A program made the position numbers and the translations under genes. From Candidatus Methanoperedens sp. (GTDB lineage Archaea > Halobacteriota > Methanosarcinia > Methanosarcinales > Methanoperedenaceae): a stretch of DNA of 32,000 bases. Of the stretch, positions 8,879-16,052 are shown in pieces. The notes below the pieces were generated by a model. It did no database searches. It was not told the DNA's origin and worked only from the letters and a program-made list of their open reading frames with translations. The stretch's first letter is position 1; each line of letters starts with the position of its first letter. The stretch is taken from assembly GCA_041494705.1 (NCBI GenBank), contig JBGQBI010000004.1:60001-92000 (forward strand), read 5' to 3'.

Positions 8879-9229
8879 TTAGAATTCCATTTGGCCGCCG
8901 ACTGAAAGATTGAACTTTTCAATTGTTCCGGCTTTCATTTCAATAACATACTTGACGTTCTTCATGGTTTTAAATCCGAGCCACGGTTTTAAACTGGAAA
9001 GCCCTTTAATTCTTTTTTCTTCGTTCAAAAATATAACGTCAATGGGAAAAAACACGAAAATCATGTGAATACTGACAGAGGACGGCTTTTCCAGGATAAA
9101 TATCATCGAATAATCGGATGGTATGTTTTTGCGAAACATAAGACCGAACGCCTTGTTCAATATAGTCCGGGAAAGTTCGACGGTTCTTGCTATCTCTATA
9201 CCATTATATTTTAATACGGGAAGCATCAA
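8879..9229 (-). CDS. DUF192-family protein (COG1430)
   Basis: GLMFRK...MIFIL...IHMIFVFFPIDVIFLNEEKRI...VIEMKAG is characteristic of DUF192. Confidence 0.75.
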   Translation of the reverse strand: MMLPVLKYNGIEIARTVELSRTILNKAFGLMFRKNIPSDYSMIFILEKPSSVSIHMIFVFFPIDVIFLNEEKRIKGLSSLKPWLGFKTMKNVKYVIEMKAGTIEKFNLSVGGQMEF

Positions 9230-9282
9230 GTAGCTATATAATAGTCATGTATAATATAAGAACGGAGGTATTAATCCAATAA

Positions 9283-9591
9283 ATGAGTTCAGAAATGTGC
9301 ACTGTATGCGGTTTGCCTAAAGAGCTTTGCATATGCGAAGAAGTGGCAAAAGAACAGCAGAGAATTATAGTAAAGGTAGATACGAGAAAATATAAAAAAG
9401 AAGTAACGGTGATAGAGGGTCTTAATCCAACCGAGATTAACCTGCAGGAACTGACAAGCTACCTGAAATCTAAATTCGCATGCGGTGGTACGATAAAAGA
9501 TAATGTTATCGAACTTCAGGGAAACCATAAAAGCCGTATGAAAGATGTCCTTATTAAAAAAGGTTTTTCACCAGAACAAATCAAAATTTAA
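9283..9591 (+). CDS. eif1: Translation initiation factor aIF1 / SUI1
   Basis: [42 protein letters not shown]...[10 protein letters not shown] is the archaeal SUI1 signature. Confidence 0.92.
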   Translation: MSSEMCTVCGLPKELCICEEVAKEQQRIIVKVDTRKYKKEVTVIEGLNPTEINLQELTSYLKSKFACGGTIKDNVIELQGNHKSRMKDVLIKKGFSPEQIKI

Positions 9592-9681
9592 GTTCCTTTG
9601 GGGAAGGGGATTTTACAAATATTGAGGGTAATTCGTGATGCAATAGTCGTATTTTTAATATAAAATTATTACATCCGAAAC

Positions 9682-9714
9682 AAAAAAGTTATCAGGAAGT
9701 AAAGAACTTCCTGA
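9682..9714 (-). terminator. Hairpin plus oligo-T terminator candidate downstream of mtd
   Basis: A perfect 9-bp stem TCAGGAAGT/ACTTCCTGA (9692-9700/9706-9714, 5-nt loop) starts 9 nt after the mtd stop. On the transcribed strand it is followed by a T6 run (9682-9687). Confidence 0.5.
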
Positions 9715-9722
9715 GATGGTTT

Positions 9723-10550
9723 TTACTGTGGTTTTTCAAGTAGTTTTGTTTTGCTTAACAGCCTGCCGTCCTTTGCATGTGGCTTTCGCAGGACTGAATC
9801 GTTTGCCTTCTCCATTTCGCGCGCTTCATCCGCAAGTTTTGCAGCTGCACGCATGGCTTCGTGGCCTGCTGCCGCCGCTATGGCAATCTGGTCAACCTCT
9901 TTTAATACAAAGCATGCCGGGAAATCGATTTCTGCGACCTTGGTGGCAATGTGTAATGCAGCTAACGCCTTTGCTTTTGCGTACGGATTTGTGAACCCCG
10001 CGCTATCGACGCATTTCTCAGGTTTTGCAAGAATCTTCGGAAGAGCTGGGGGTTTTGTGCCTGCTGCGACCTGGTCGATGACTTTATCGATTTCTGTCTG
10101 GACAAGCCTGATGGCACCGCATACGGATAATACCTTTAATGCATCGCTATTGAAAGACGCCATCTCAACACAGTCAAGGAATTCTCTTTTTGCACCAATC
10201 AAGGGGTCAACCGGCAGAATGATATAGCCAAAGCCTGCCTGTTCCAATTTTTCCCTGTCCTCTTTCTTGGTGGGGCCGTCTGAAACCACGATAGTTGGTG
10301 TGTCTTTCCAGACATCGCGCGCTGCCGTCGGACCCGGAGCGCTTGAGTTGGGGCTTATCATAACTACAAAATCGGGCTTCCAGTCCAAGAAGTATTTAGT
10401 ATCCTCAGCCTCGTCCTTTCCCATCTTTGCCCCTGTTCCGAATACCCGTACTGCAATTCCCTCTCGCGCCGCAATCTCATCAAGTAATAAATCAATTACC
10501 TGTGAGGTACCAAGATTTCCAAGTTTAATAAATCCTACTTTAACGACCAT
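9723..10550 (-). CDS. mtd: F420-dependent methylenetetrahydromethanopterin dehydrogenase
   Basis: MVVKVGFIKLGNLGTSQVIDLLLDE...REFLDCVEMASFNSDALKVL...EMEKANDSVLRKPHAKDGRLLSKTKLLEKPQ matches Mtd end to end. The start is set at the conserved MVVKVG (ATG 10550, with GTGATC SD-like sequence upstream). The track ORF start at 10643 would contain the TATA box. Confidence 0.93.
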   Translation of the reverse strand: MVVKVGFIKLGNLGTSQVIDLLLDEIAAREGIAVRVFGTGAKMGKDEAEDTKYFLDWKPDFVVMISPNSSAPGPTAARDVWKDTPTIVVSDGPTKKEDREKLEQAGFGYIILPVDPLIGAKREFLDCVEMASFNSDALKVLSVCGAIRLVQTEIDKVIDQVAAGTKPPALPKILAKPEKCVDSAGFTNPYAKAKALAALHIATKVAEIDFPACFVLKEVDQIAIAAAAGHEAMRAAAKLADEAREMEKANDSVLRKPHAKDGRLLSKTKLLEKPQ

Positions 10551-10620
10551 ATTGATCACAGGACGAGATTCGTTTGGTTTATTTATAAGGTTTTTGAAAT
10601 TGTTCTGCAATTCTGGAAGA

Positions 10621-10630
10621 TATATAAAAA
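10621..10630 (-). promoter_or_regulatory. Candidate TATA box of the mtd promoter
   Basis: The minus strand reads TTTTTATATA about 70-80 nt upstream of the 10550 ATG, implying a leader of about 45-50 nt. Confidence 0.4.
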
Positions 10631-10693
10631 TTAATAAACCCATGCGTGATTAAGTAAAACAACAAACTTATACGAACTCACAACGAACTTTTT

Positions 10694-11230
10694 ATGATAA
10701 AACCAAACTCAATCCTGGAAATCAGTTGCGGTGGGCACTCGAAACTGTACGAGACAAAAGGTAAGGAATGGGCGCTGTTTGTTGGTATCGATATAAACAT
10801 GGACCTTTGCAGGCAGGCTAAGAAACAGGGATTTGAAGTGGTTTGCTGCGATGCCTTCAACCTGCCATTCAAGCCCAAATCTTTCCAGGACGTGTATATC
10901 CAGTGCTTTACCGCGCTTCTTGAAAAAGACGCCCTCTCAGATGCATTCCAGAAGAGCGATTATGATGAGTTCTGCGAGTTCATGGGACGCGAGATAGATT
11001 ATGCATGGCAGGTGATAGACCCGTTCTATGAGTTGCTGCTTGAATGCAAGCAGGCGAGCGAGCATATAATATGCCTGCCGTCGTGCAATATTGAGATGAA
11101 TAAGTACTTAGTGAATGCTGTAAAGAATCTGCCAAGTGTCACGGTTGAGGTGGGTTTTTCCAGGAACTGGGGGGGAAAGAAGAAATCTTGTGTGATGTAC
11201 TTAGATATTGACTGCACAATATACGTGTGA
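10694..11230 (+). CDS. Class I SAM-dependent methyltransferase (small, Methyltransf_11-like)
   Basis: ILEISCGGHSK...FVGIDINMDLCRQAKKQGFEVVCCDAFNLPFKPKSFQDVYI shows motif I, post-I and motif II spacing. Confidence 0.6.
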   Translation: MIKPNSILEISCGGHSKLYETKGKEWALFVGIDINMDLCRQAKKQGFEVVCCDAFNLPFKPKSFQDVYIQCFTALLEKDALSDAFQKSDYDEFCEFMGREIDYAWQVIDPFYELLLECKQASEHIICLPSCNIEMNKYLVNAVKNLPSVTVEVGFSRNWGGKKKSCVMYLDIDCTIYV

Positions 11231-11276
11231 TTAACAAACATTTTTAGATATAAAAGATAATCTGGATATCCATGGT
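11228..11276 (+). repeat. Left copy of an imperfect direct repeat flanking the Fic gene
   Basis: TGATTAACAAACATTTTTAGATATAAAAGATAATCTGGATATCCATGGT aligns with 12412-12458. About 37 of about 48 positions are identical by hand alignment, including the ATGGT at each start codon. Confidence 0.7.
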
Positions 11277-12405
11277 CAGTCCTCCCTGGCACCCCCTCTA
11301 CACCCTCACTCCAGCCATCGCCCGCGCGCTCATGGACATCGAAGCAGCACGCGCCGTGGTCGGGCAGACGCCCCTGCCGCCGGCAGCAGAGGCTGAACTG
11401 CGCCGCCGTGCCCGCATACGTTCCACGCATTATTCAACCCGCATCGAAGGCAACCGCCTCACGCTGGCAGAGGCTGAACAGGTCATCGAGGGGAAACAGG
11501 CGCATTTCCACGGACGGGAAAGAGATGTCAGCGAAGTGAAGAACTACTGGAATGCACTGCTGCGCGTTGAGGAATGGGCTGCGAAAAAAATGCCGCTCAC
11601 AGAAGAGCTTATCCGAAGGCTTCATGCGCTCATAAAAGAGGGGGCGCGTGCTAAACCCACGCCTTACCGTGATGGTCAGAACGTCATCCGCGATTCAGCA
11701 TCAGGTGCAATAATCTATCTGCCGCCCGAAGCCAGAGATGTTCCCGCGCTCATGGCAGCGCTTGTCGAGTGGGTGCAGAAGGCAGAAAAGGAGGGCTTTC
11801 CCGTGCCGCTCATCGCCGGTCTTGTGCATTACCAGTTCGTTACCATTCATCCTTACTATGACGGCAACGGCAGGACGGCGCGCCTGCTTGCGACCTTTAT
11901 CCTGCACCGCGGCGGCTATGGATTAAATGGATTTTTCTCGCTGGAAGAACACCATGCGAGCGACCTGGAAGGCTATTACCGCTCCCTTGCTGTACATCCG
12001 CACCACAACTATTACGAGGGACGTGCAGAAGCTGACCTGACGCCGTGGCTTGAATACTTCGCCAAAACCTTGGCTGAAGCGTTTACCGCTGCAAAAGATG
12101 AGGCGCTGCATTATGCTGAGCGGGGTGTGCCAGTAGAACCCGAAGAACTGCGCCGTCTTGACCACAGGGCTCGGACAGTTCTTGCGCTGTTCGCCAAAGC
12201 AGAACAGGTTACTACATCACAGGTCGCCGCTACTCTGGGACTTTCAGAGCGTATGACCCGTTTGTTGCTCAATACCTGGGTCAAAGATGGCTGGCTGGTC
12301 ATAGCAAATCCATCTAACAGGAAACGTGCATACGGTTTATCGGTAATTTATCGGCAATATATTGATAGTTTTTCGGCAATGCATGAGGATGAACGTGAGA
12401 CGTGA
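11272..12405 (+). CDS. Fic family protein (class II, N-terminal inhibitory helix; C-terminal winged-helix)
   Basis: The Fic active-site loop is HPYYDGNGRTARLL. The N-terminal inhibitory motif STRIEGN fits (S/T)xxxE(G/N). The C-terminal wHTH-like segment is TSQVAATLGLSERMTRLLLNTWVKDGWLV. The DNA is visibly far more GC-rich than its flanks. Confidence 0.88.
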   Translation: MVSPPWHPLYTLTPAIARALMDIEAARAVVGQTPLPPAAEAELRRRARIRSTHYSTRIEGNRLTLAEAEQVIEGKQAHFHGRERDVSEVKNYWNALLRVEEWAAKKMPLTEELIRRLHALIKEGARAKPTPYRDGQNVIRDSASGAIIYLPPEARDVPALMAALVEWVQKAEKEGFPVPLIAGLVHYQFVTIHPYYDGNGRTARLLATFILHRGGYGLNGFFSLEEHHASDLEGYYRSLAVHPHHNYYEGRAEADLTPWLEYFAKTLAEAFTAAKDEALHYAERGVPVEPEELRRLDHRARTVLALFAKAEQVTTSQVAATLGLSERMTRLLLNTWVKDGWLVIANPSNRKRAYGLSVIYRQYIDSFSAMHEDERET

Positions 12406-12411
12406 ATTATA

Positions 12412-12458
12412 GATTACAAACATTTTTAGCAACCAAAAATAATCTAGAGGTTGATGGT
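12412..12458 (+). repeat. Right copy of the direct repeat (native ribL leader and start)
   Basis: GATTACAAACATTTTTAGCAACCAAAAATAATCTAGAGGTTGATGGT. See the left copy at 11228-11276. Confidence 0.7.
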
Positions 12459-12876
12459 TCGAGTCCTTGCAACGGGTACGTTCGATATACTTCACCCAGG
12501 GCATCTGCTGTATCTTTCCGAAGCAAAAGCACTTGGTGACGAACTGTATGTAATCGTGGCGCGGGATTCGATGATAAAACACAAACCAAAACCCATAATC
12601 CCGGAAGAGCAGAGGCTCGCTATGGTTGCAGCGCTTCGCATGGTGGATAAGGCGATGCTCGGGAGCGAGACCGATATGTTCGAGCCGCTTCGCGAGATAA
12701 GACCCGATATCATAGCGCTTGGAAAAAACCAGTTTTTCAATGAAAAGGAGCTGCAAGCACAATTAAAAAGCCACGGCATAAATGCAAAGGTGGTAAGAAT
12801 CCAGCCGTTTGAGCAGTGCGAGCTGTGCAGCAGCGGGGCGATTATCAGGAAGATACTGGAGCGGAACGGCAGGTAA
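12454..12876 (+). CDS. ribL: FAD synthase (FMN adenylyltransferase), archaeal RibL
   Basis: MVRVLATGTFDILHPGHLLYLSEAKALGDELYVIVARDSMIKHKPKPIIPEEQRLAMV is a cytidylyltransferase-fold RibL signature. The ATG is at 12454 (the track uses the TTG at 12451). GAGGT lies just upstream. Confidence 0.85.
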   Translation: MVRVLATGTFDILHPGHLLYLSEAKALGDELYVIVARDSMIKHKPKPIIPEEQRLAMVAALRMVDKAMLGSETDMFEPLREIRPDIIALGKNQFFNEKELQAQLKSHGINAKVVRIQPFEQCELCSSGAIIRKILERNGR

Positions 12877-14019
12877 TTATTCCAGCACAGCTTCCATTCT
12901 CCGCAGAGCCTCTTTGATGCGCTCCTGCGACGTGGCATACGATATCCTGATAAAATCATTGCCTGAAGAGCCGAAAGCCGAGCCGGGCGTAGTTGCGATG
13001 AAAGCTTTATTGAGAAGAAGTTCTGCTATTGCCTCGCCGCTTCCGTACTCGCTCACATCTGCAAAAGCGTAAAAAGCGCCATCGGGTTTTGCACATTTGA
13101 TGCCGAGTTTATTCAATCCCCTGACCAGCAGGTCTCTTCTTGTCCTGAATTCCCTGACCATTACTGTCACGGGGGTCTGGTCGCCCTGAAGCGCCGCCAG
13201 GCCTGCATACTGCACAAAGGAAGTCGCCTGGCTCACCGAGTGCGAGTGAAGTTTTAGCATCTGTTCGTAAATTTCTTTGGGTGCGCTTACATAACCGAGG
13301 CGCCATCCGGTCATCGCGTATGCCTTTGAGAAACCATTAACGGTTATGGTTAAATTCTGCATCCCGTCCATTGAGCCGATGCTTATGTGCTCTTTGTCAT
13401 AGATTATTTTTTCATAAATCTCATCAGATAATACAAAGATATTCTTATCAATCGCAATATCGGCTATCTCTTTTAGCGTTTCCCTGCCATAGACGCCGCC
13501 TGTGGGATTGCAGGGGCTGTTGATAACGATGAGTTTTGTTTTTTTAGTTATGTATTCTTCAATATCGTAAGGTAAGAAACCGTGATCGCGCCTTGTGGGC
13601 GCCCAGATTGTCCTTGCGCCTGCAAGTTTCACGCACGGGTCGTATGATACCCAGGCAGGGTCAAATATAATTGCTTCATCGCCTTCCCGCAGTACCGATA
13701 GTATGACTTCAAAGATTGCCTGTTTTGCACCCGGGGTAACTATAATATTTCCAGGCTTTGTCTCGATTTTGTTATCCTTTTTTAATTTCTCGGCAATAGC
13801 CCGCCGCAGTTCCGGTATTCCCGGTGAAGGAGTATAATGCGTCTCGCCGCGTTCAAGAGAAGCTTTGGCAGCTTCGATGATATGCGAAGGTGTTGTAAAA
13901 TCCGGTTCTCCAAGGCTGAAGCTTATTATGTCTTTGCCCTGGCTTTTTAATTCACTTGCAAGATTTGATATCCGCAGTGTTGCAGATTCTGTGATGTTCT
14001 GCAGTCGTTTTGCTGTCAT
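12877..14019 (-). CDS. Aspartate/aromatic aminotransferase (PLP-dependent, class I)
   Basis: ISFSLGEPDFTTPSHIIEAA...NSPCNPTGGVY...NGFSKAYAMTGWRLGY contains the PLP lysine motif. Its stop abuts the ribL stop back-to-back (TAATTA). Confidence 0.88.
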   Translation of the reverse strand: MTAKRLQNITESATLRISNLASELKSQGKDIISFSLGEPDFTTPSHIIEAAKASLERGETHYTPSPGIPELRRAIAEKLKKDNKIETKPGNIIVTPGAKQAIFEVILSVLREGDEAIIFDPAWVSYDPCVKLAGARTIWAPTRRDHGFLPYDIEEYITKKTKLIVINSPCNPTGGVYGRETLKEIADIAIDKNIFVLSDEIYEKIIYDKEHISIGSMDGMQNLTITVNGFSKAYAMTGWRLGYVSAPKEIYEQMLKLHSHSVSQATSFVQYAGLAALQGDQTPVTVMVREFRTRRDLLVRGLNKLGIKCAKPDGAFYAFADVSEYGSGEAIAELLLNKAFIATTPGSAFGSSGNDFIRISYATSQERIKEALRRMEAVLE

Positions 14020-14076
14020 AAAGTGTAGCTCACTGACTAATTTCTTAATATTTAAGCCATTCTAAAGAAGAGCGAT

Positions 14077-14433
14077 TCAACGATTTCCTTCATTCACAAA
14101 ATCATTCTCAAGCCTGAACGAATAGAAAAAGATCGCTCCACCTTCAGGTACATCCTTCCACAGGTTTTTATCCACGCAGTCATCGCCCAGCTCTTTGACA
14201 AGCCCTTCATAGGTGACGGCGGCAATTTTGTCGATATTAACAGCGATGCTCTCAAGCCGCCCGCTGTTCATATTTCGTACCCTGTATACCCCCTTATTGA
14301 AGAATTTTGGAGAAATCAACGTGCTTTTGCCGTGTTCTTTAGCTTCATTTATTTTGAACTCATCCATGTCAAGAATATGCCCGATTCTTTCAATATCCAG
14401 TTTAAATGAAGTTGTGGAATTCAAGACAATCAC
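14077..14433 (-). CDS. Hypothetical protein
   Basis: 118-aa ORF in a coding-dense context. I recognise no family. Confidence 0.4.
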   Translation of the reverse strand: MIVLNSTTSFKLDIERIGHILDMDEFKINEAKEHGKSTLISPKFFNKGVYRVRNMNSGRLESIAVNIDKIAAVTYEGLVKELGDDCVDKNLWKDVPEGGAIFFYSFRLENDFVNEGNR

Positions 14434-14502
14434 TCAATGATTATGTACATGCGTGTATTTAATGTTTAGTCCCCATTTTAAATACGGGGTCTCATTCGGG
14501 TC

Positions 14503-15414
14503 TTAATCTGACAGCAGTATCTCGATTTCCATCAATTCTTCTGCGATTATAGCGGTTTCAAACACTTTTTTGGCATCATCCAGTAAAGGTGCTGCGCTCT
14601 CTGAATACCTTGAACTGACATGGGTTAAAATCAATTGTTTAACCTTGGCCTTTTTGGCAAGCCGGGCGGCTTCACCTGCGGTTGAGTGTTTTGTTTCAAT
14701 TGCCCAGTCCTTAAGCTCATCAGCAAGCGTGCCATCATGGATAAGTAAATCAGCTTTCGCACTTACTTTTTCGATGGATTCGCATGGCCGGGTATCCCCG
14801 GTATAAACTATTTTCCTGCCGGGCCGGCTTTTTCCAATAACCTCAGACGGTAAAATTGTTCTTCCCTCTATGATGACAGGTTCGCCCTTCTGGAGTTTTG
14901 AGAAAAGTGGACCAACGGGAACCCCAAGTTTGATAGCCTTTTCCCTGTTAAACCTCCCGATTCGGCTTTTCTCTTCAATAACATAACCGAGGCTTGGAAT
15001 ACCGTGGTCTGTGCCAACCGCTTTGATGAAATAATCCCCTTTATCTATTATTTCCCCCTCCTCCAGCTCATGTGCATTTATTACAAATCCCAGCTTGAAA
15101 TAACCAAGCTGCACCAGGAGGTTTACGAATTGTTTTGTCCATTCCGGGCCGTATATTTCAAGAGGCTCGGTTCTTCCGTTAAATGACATTGTCTGGATGA
15201 GCCCGGGGATTCCGAGGAAATGGTCAGCATGGAAATGGGTGATGAAGATGGAATTTATTTTCATTCCGGTCTTTGCACGCATCATTTGCTGCTGGGTGCC
15301 CTCGCCGCAGTCAAAGAGCAAAAGCTCACCTTCCCGGTTGACCAATATCGCGGAGGGGTTGCGATTTGGTGTGGGCAGGGTTCCGCCTGTGCCAAGAAAT
15401 GTTACCCGAAGCAT
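14503..15414 (-). CDS. rnz: Ribonuclease Z (tRNA 3' endonuclease)
   Basis: MLRVTFLGTGGTLPTPNRNPSAILV...LLFDCGEGTQQQM...ITHFHADHFLGIPGL is the metallo-beta-lactamase HxHxDH motif typical of short-form RNase Z. Confidence 0.92.
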   Translation of the reverse strand: MLRVTFLGTGGTLPTPNRNPSAILVNREGELLLFDCGEGTQQQMMRAKTGMKINSIFITHFHADHFLGIPGLIQTMSFNGRTEPLEIYGPEWTKQFVNLLVQLGYFKLGFVINAHELEEGEIIDKGDYFIKAVGTDHGIPSLGYVIEEKSRIGRFNREKAIKLGVPVGPLFSKLQKGEPVIIEGRTILPSEVIGKSRPGRKIVYTGDTRPCESIEKVSAKADLLIHDGTLADELKDWAIETKHSTAGEAARLAKKAKVKQLILTHVSSRYSESAAPLLDDAKKVFETAIIAEELMEIEILLSD

Positions 15415-15459
15415 AAGGGGCTAATTTGTGGCTTGGGATTTAAATAATCCGCTTATTGC

Positions 15460-15475
15460 AAAAATATAAAAAATA
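15460..15475 (-). promoter_or_regulatory. T-rich tract directly 3' of tRNA-Tyr: candidate oligo-T terminator and/or TATA box for rnz
   Basis: The minus strand reads TATTTTTTATATTTTTG immediately after discriminator A73. It lies about 45-60 nt upstream of the rnz ATG (15414). Confidence 0.35.
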
Positions 15476-15644
15476 TCCCGCCTCCCAGACTCGAACCGGG
15501 GACTTCGCGGTGCCTGCGCGGTAATGTGTGCATAAACACGACGCTGGGGTATGCTTCGCATACCCCGCATTTGATAAACCTTTCTAAAGGTTTGCACATG
15601 AACCAAACTACAGCCGCGCACTCTAGCCACTGAGTTAAGGCGGG
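15476..15644 (-). tRNA. tRNA-Tyr (anticodon GUA) with a 96-nt intron at the canonical 37/38 position
   Basis: Hand-folded. Acceptor CCCGCCU/AGGCGGG with the archaeal Tyr C1:G72 pair and A73. D arm ACUC-AGUGGCUA-GAGU. Anticodon stem CGCGG/CCGCG with loop CU-GUA-G[intron]A. Variable loop AAGUC. T arm CCCGG-UUCGAGU-CUGGG. Exons are 15644-15608 and 15511-15476; the intron is 15607-15512. The mature length is 73 nt, with no encoded CCA. Confidence 0.85.
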
Positions 15645-15737
15645 ATTGCCTTTGAATAAGCACAAATATACTTAACCCTTTCTTTCTTTTAGGCGATAAA
15701 TTAAAGTCCACACACTGATATTTAGGAACAACCCTGA

Positions 15738-15812
15738 GGGCGCGTGGCCTAGTCTGGATATAGCGGCAGCCTCCTAAGCTGTAGATCGGGGGTTCGAATC
15801 CCTCCGCGCCCG
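15738..15812 (+). tRNA. tRNA-Arg (anticodon CCU)
   Basis: Acceptor GGGCGCG/CGCGCCC plus G73. Anticodon stem GCAGC/GCUGU with loop CU-CCU-AA. Variable loop AGAUC. T arm GGGGG-UUCGAAU-CCCUC. The D stem is weak in my hand fold: only G10:C25 and C11:G24 pair. Confidence 0.8.
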
Positions 15813-15870
15813 TAAAAACAATATCATGGTGGCTTTCTATTTTATTCTGGATAGATGGTCATAGGAAATT

Positions 15871-16021
15871 AACCACAGAGAACACAGAGCGCACAGAGAG
15901 TTGTTGCTTTTCTCCGTGTAAACCTTTATCAAAGGTTTATCAAACGAAGGGATATAGGGTGCTCCCTATATCCCAACACTGCGCAAGCCGAAGTCTCGGC
16001 TTCTCTGCGCCCTCTGTGGTT
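15871..16021. mobile_element. MITE-like non-coding repeat element, copy 2
   Basis: Left end AACCACAGAGAACACAGAGCGCACAGAGAG (15871-15900) is inverted at the right end as CTCTGCGCCCTCTGTGGTT (16003-16021). Internal hairpins are AAACCTTT-ATC-AAAGGTTT (15920-15938), GGGATATAGGG-TGCT-CCCTATATCCC (15949-15974) and GCCGA-AGTC-TCGGC (15988-16001). Confidence 0.65.
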
Positions 16022-16052
16022 TTTGAAACCAGAATATAGTAAAAGTCTCATA

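Noticed and set aside
9630-9680. GTGATGC string as a possible box C of a stand-alone C/D sRNA between sui1 and mtd
   Set aside because: The box C is imperfect (UGAUGC), and there are no matching D, C' or D' boxes at appropriate spacing.
10551-10643. N-terminal 31-aa extension of Mtd in the track ORF
   Set aside because: Mtd proteins start at the conserved MVVKVG. The extension (MGLLIFIYLPELQNNF...) would contain the TTTTTATATA promoter box, and an SD-like GTGATC precedes the 10550 ATG.
12337-12762. 141-aa minus-strand ORF bridging the Fic 3' end and ribL
   Set aside because: It is antisense to RibL, which has a clear cytidylyltransferase signature, and it crosses the intergenic repeat. It has no motif support.
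15512-15607. Box C/D guide RNA inside the tRNA-Tyr intron (by analogy with haloarchaeal tRNA-Trp)
   Set aside because: No RUGAUGA (box C) or CUGA (box D) motif is present in the intron on the transcribed strand.
15421-15711. 96-aa and 70-aa minus-strand ORFs
   Set aside because: They read straight through the tRNA-Tyr gene and its intron, so they are artefacts of the ORF scan.
15738-15812. Possible CUA (amber suppressor / pyrrolysine) reading of the anticodon loop, because the string TCCTAAG contains CTA
   Set aside because: Only the register with stem GCAGC/GCUGU and loop CU-CCU-AA gives a 5-bp anticodon stem with U33 and a purine at 37. The alternative register has no pairing, and the tRNA lacks the atypical tRNA-Pyl architecture.
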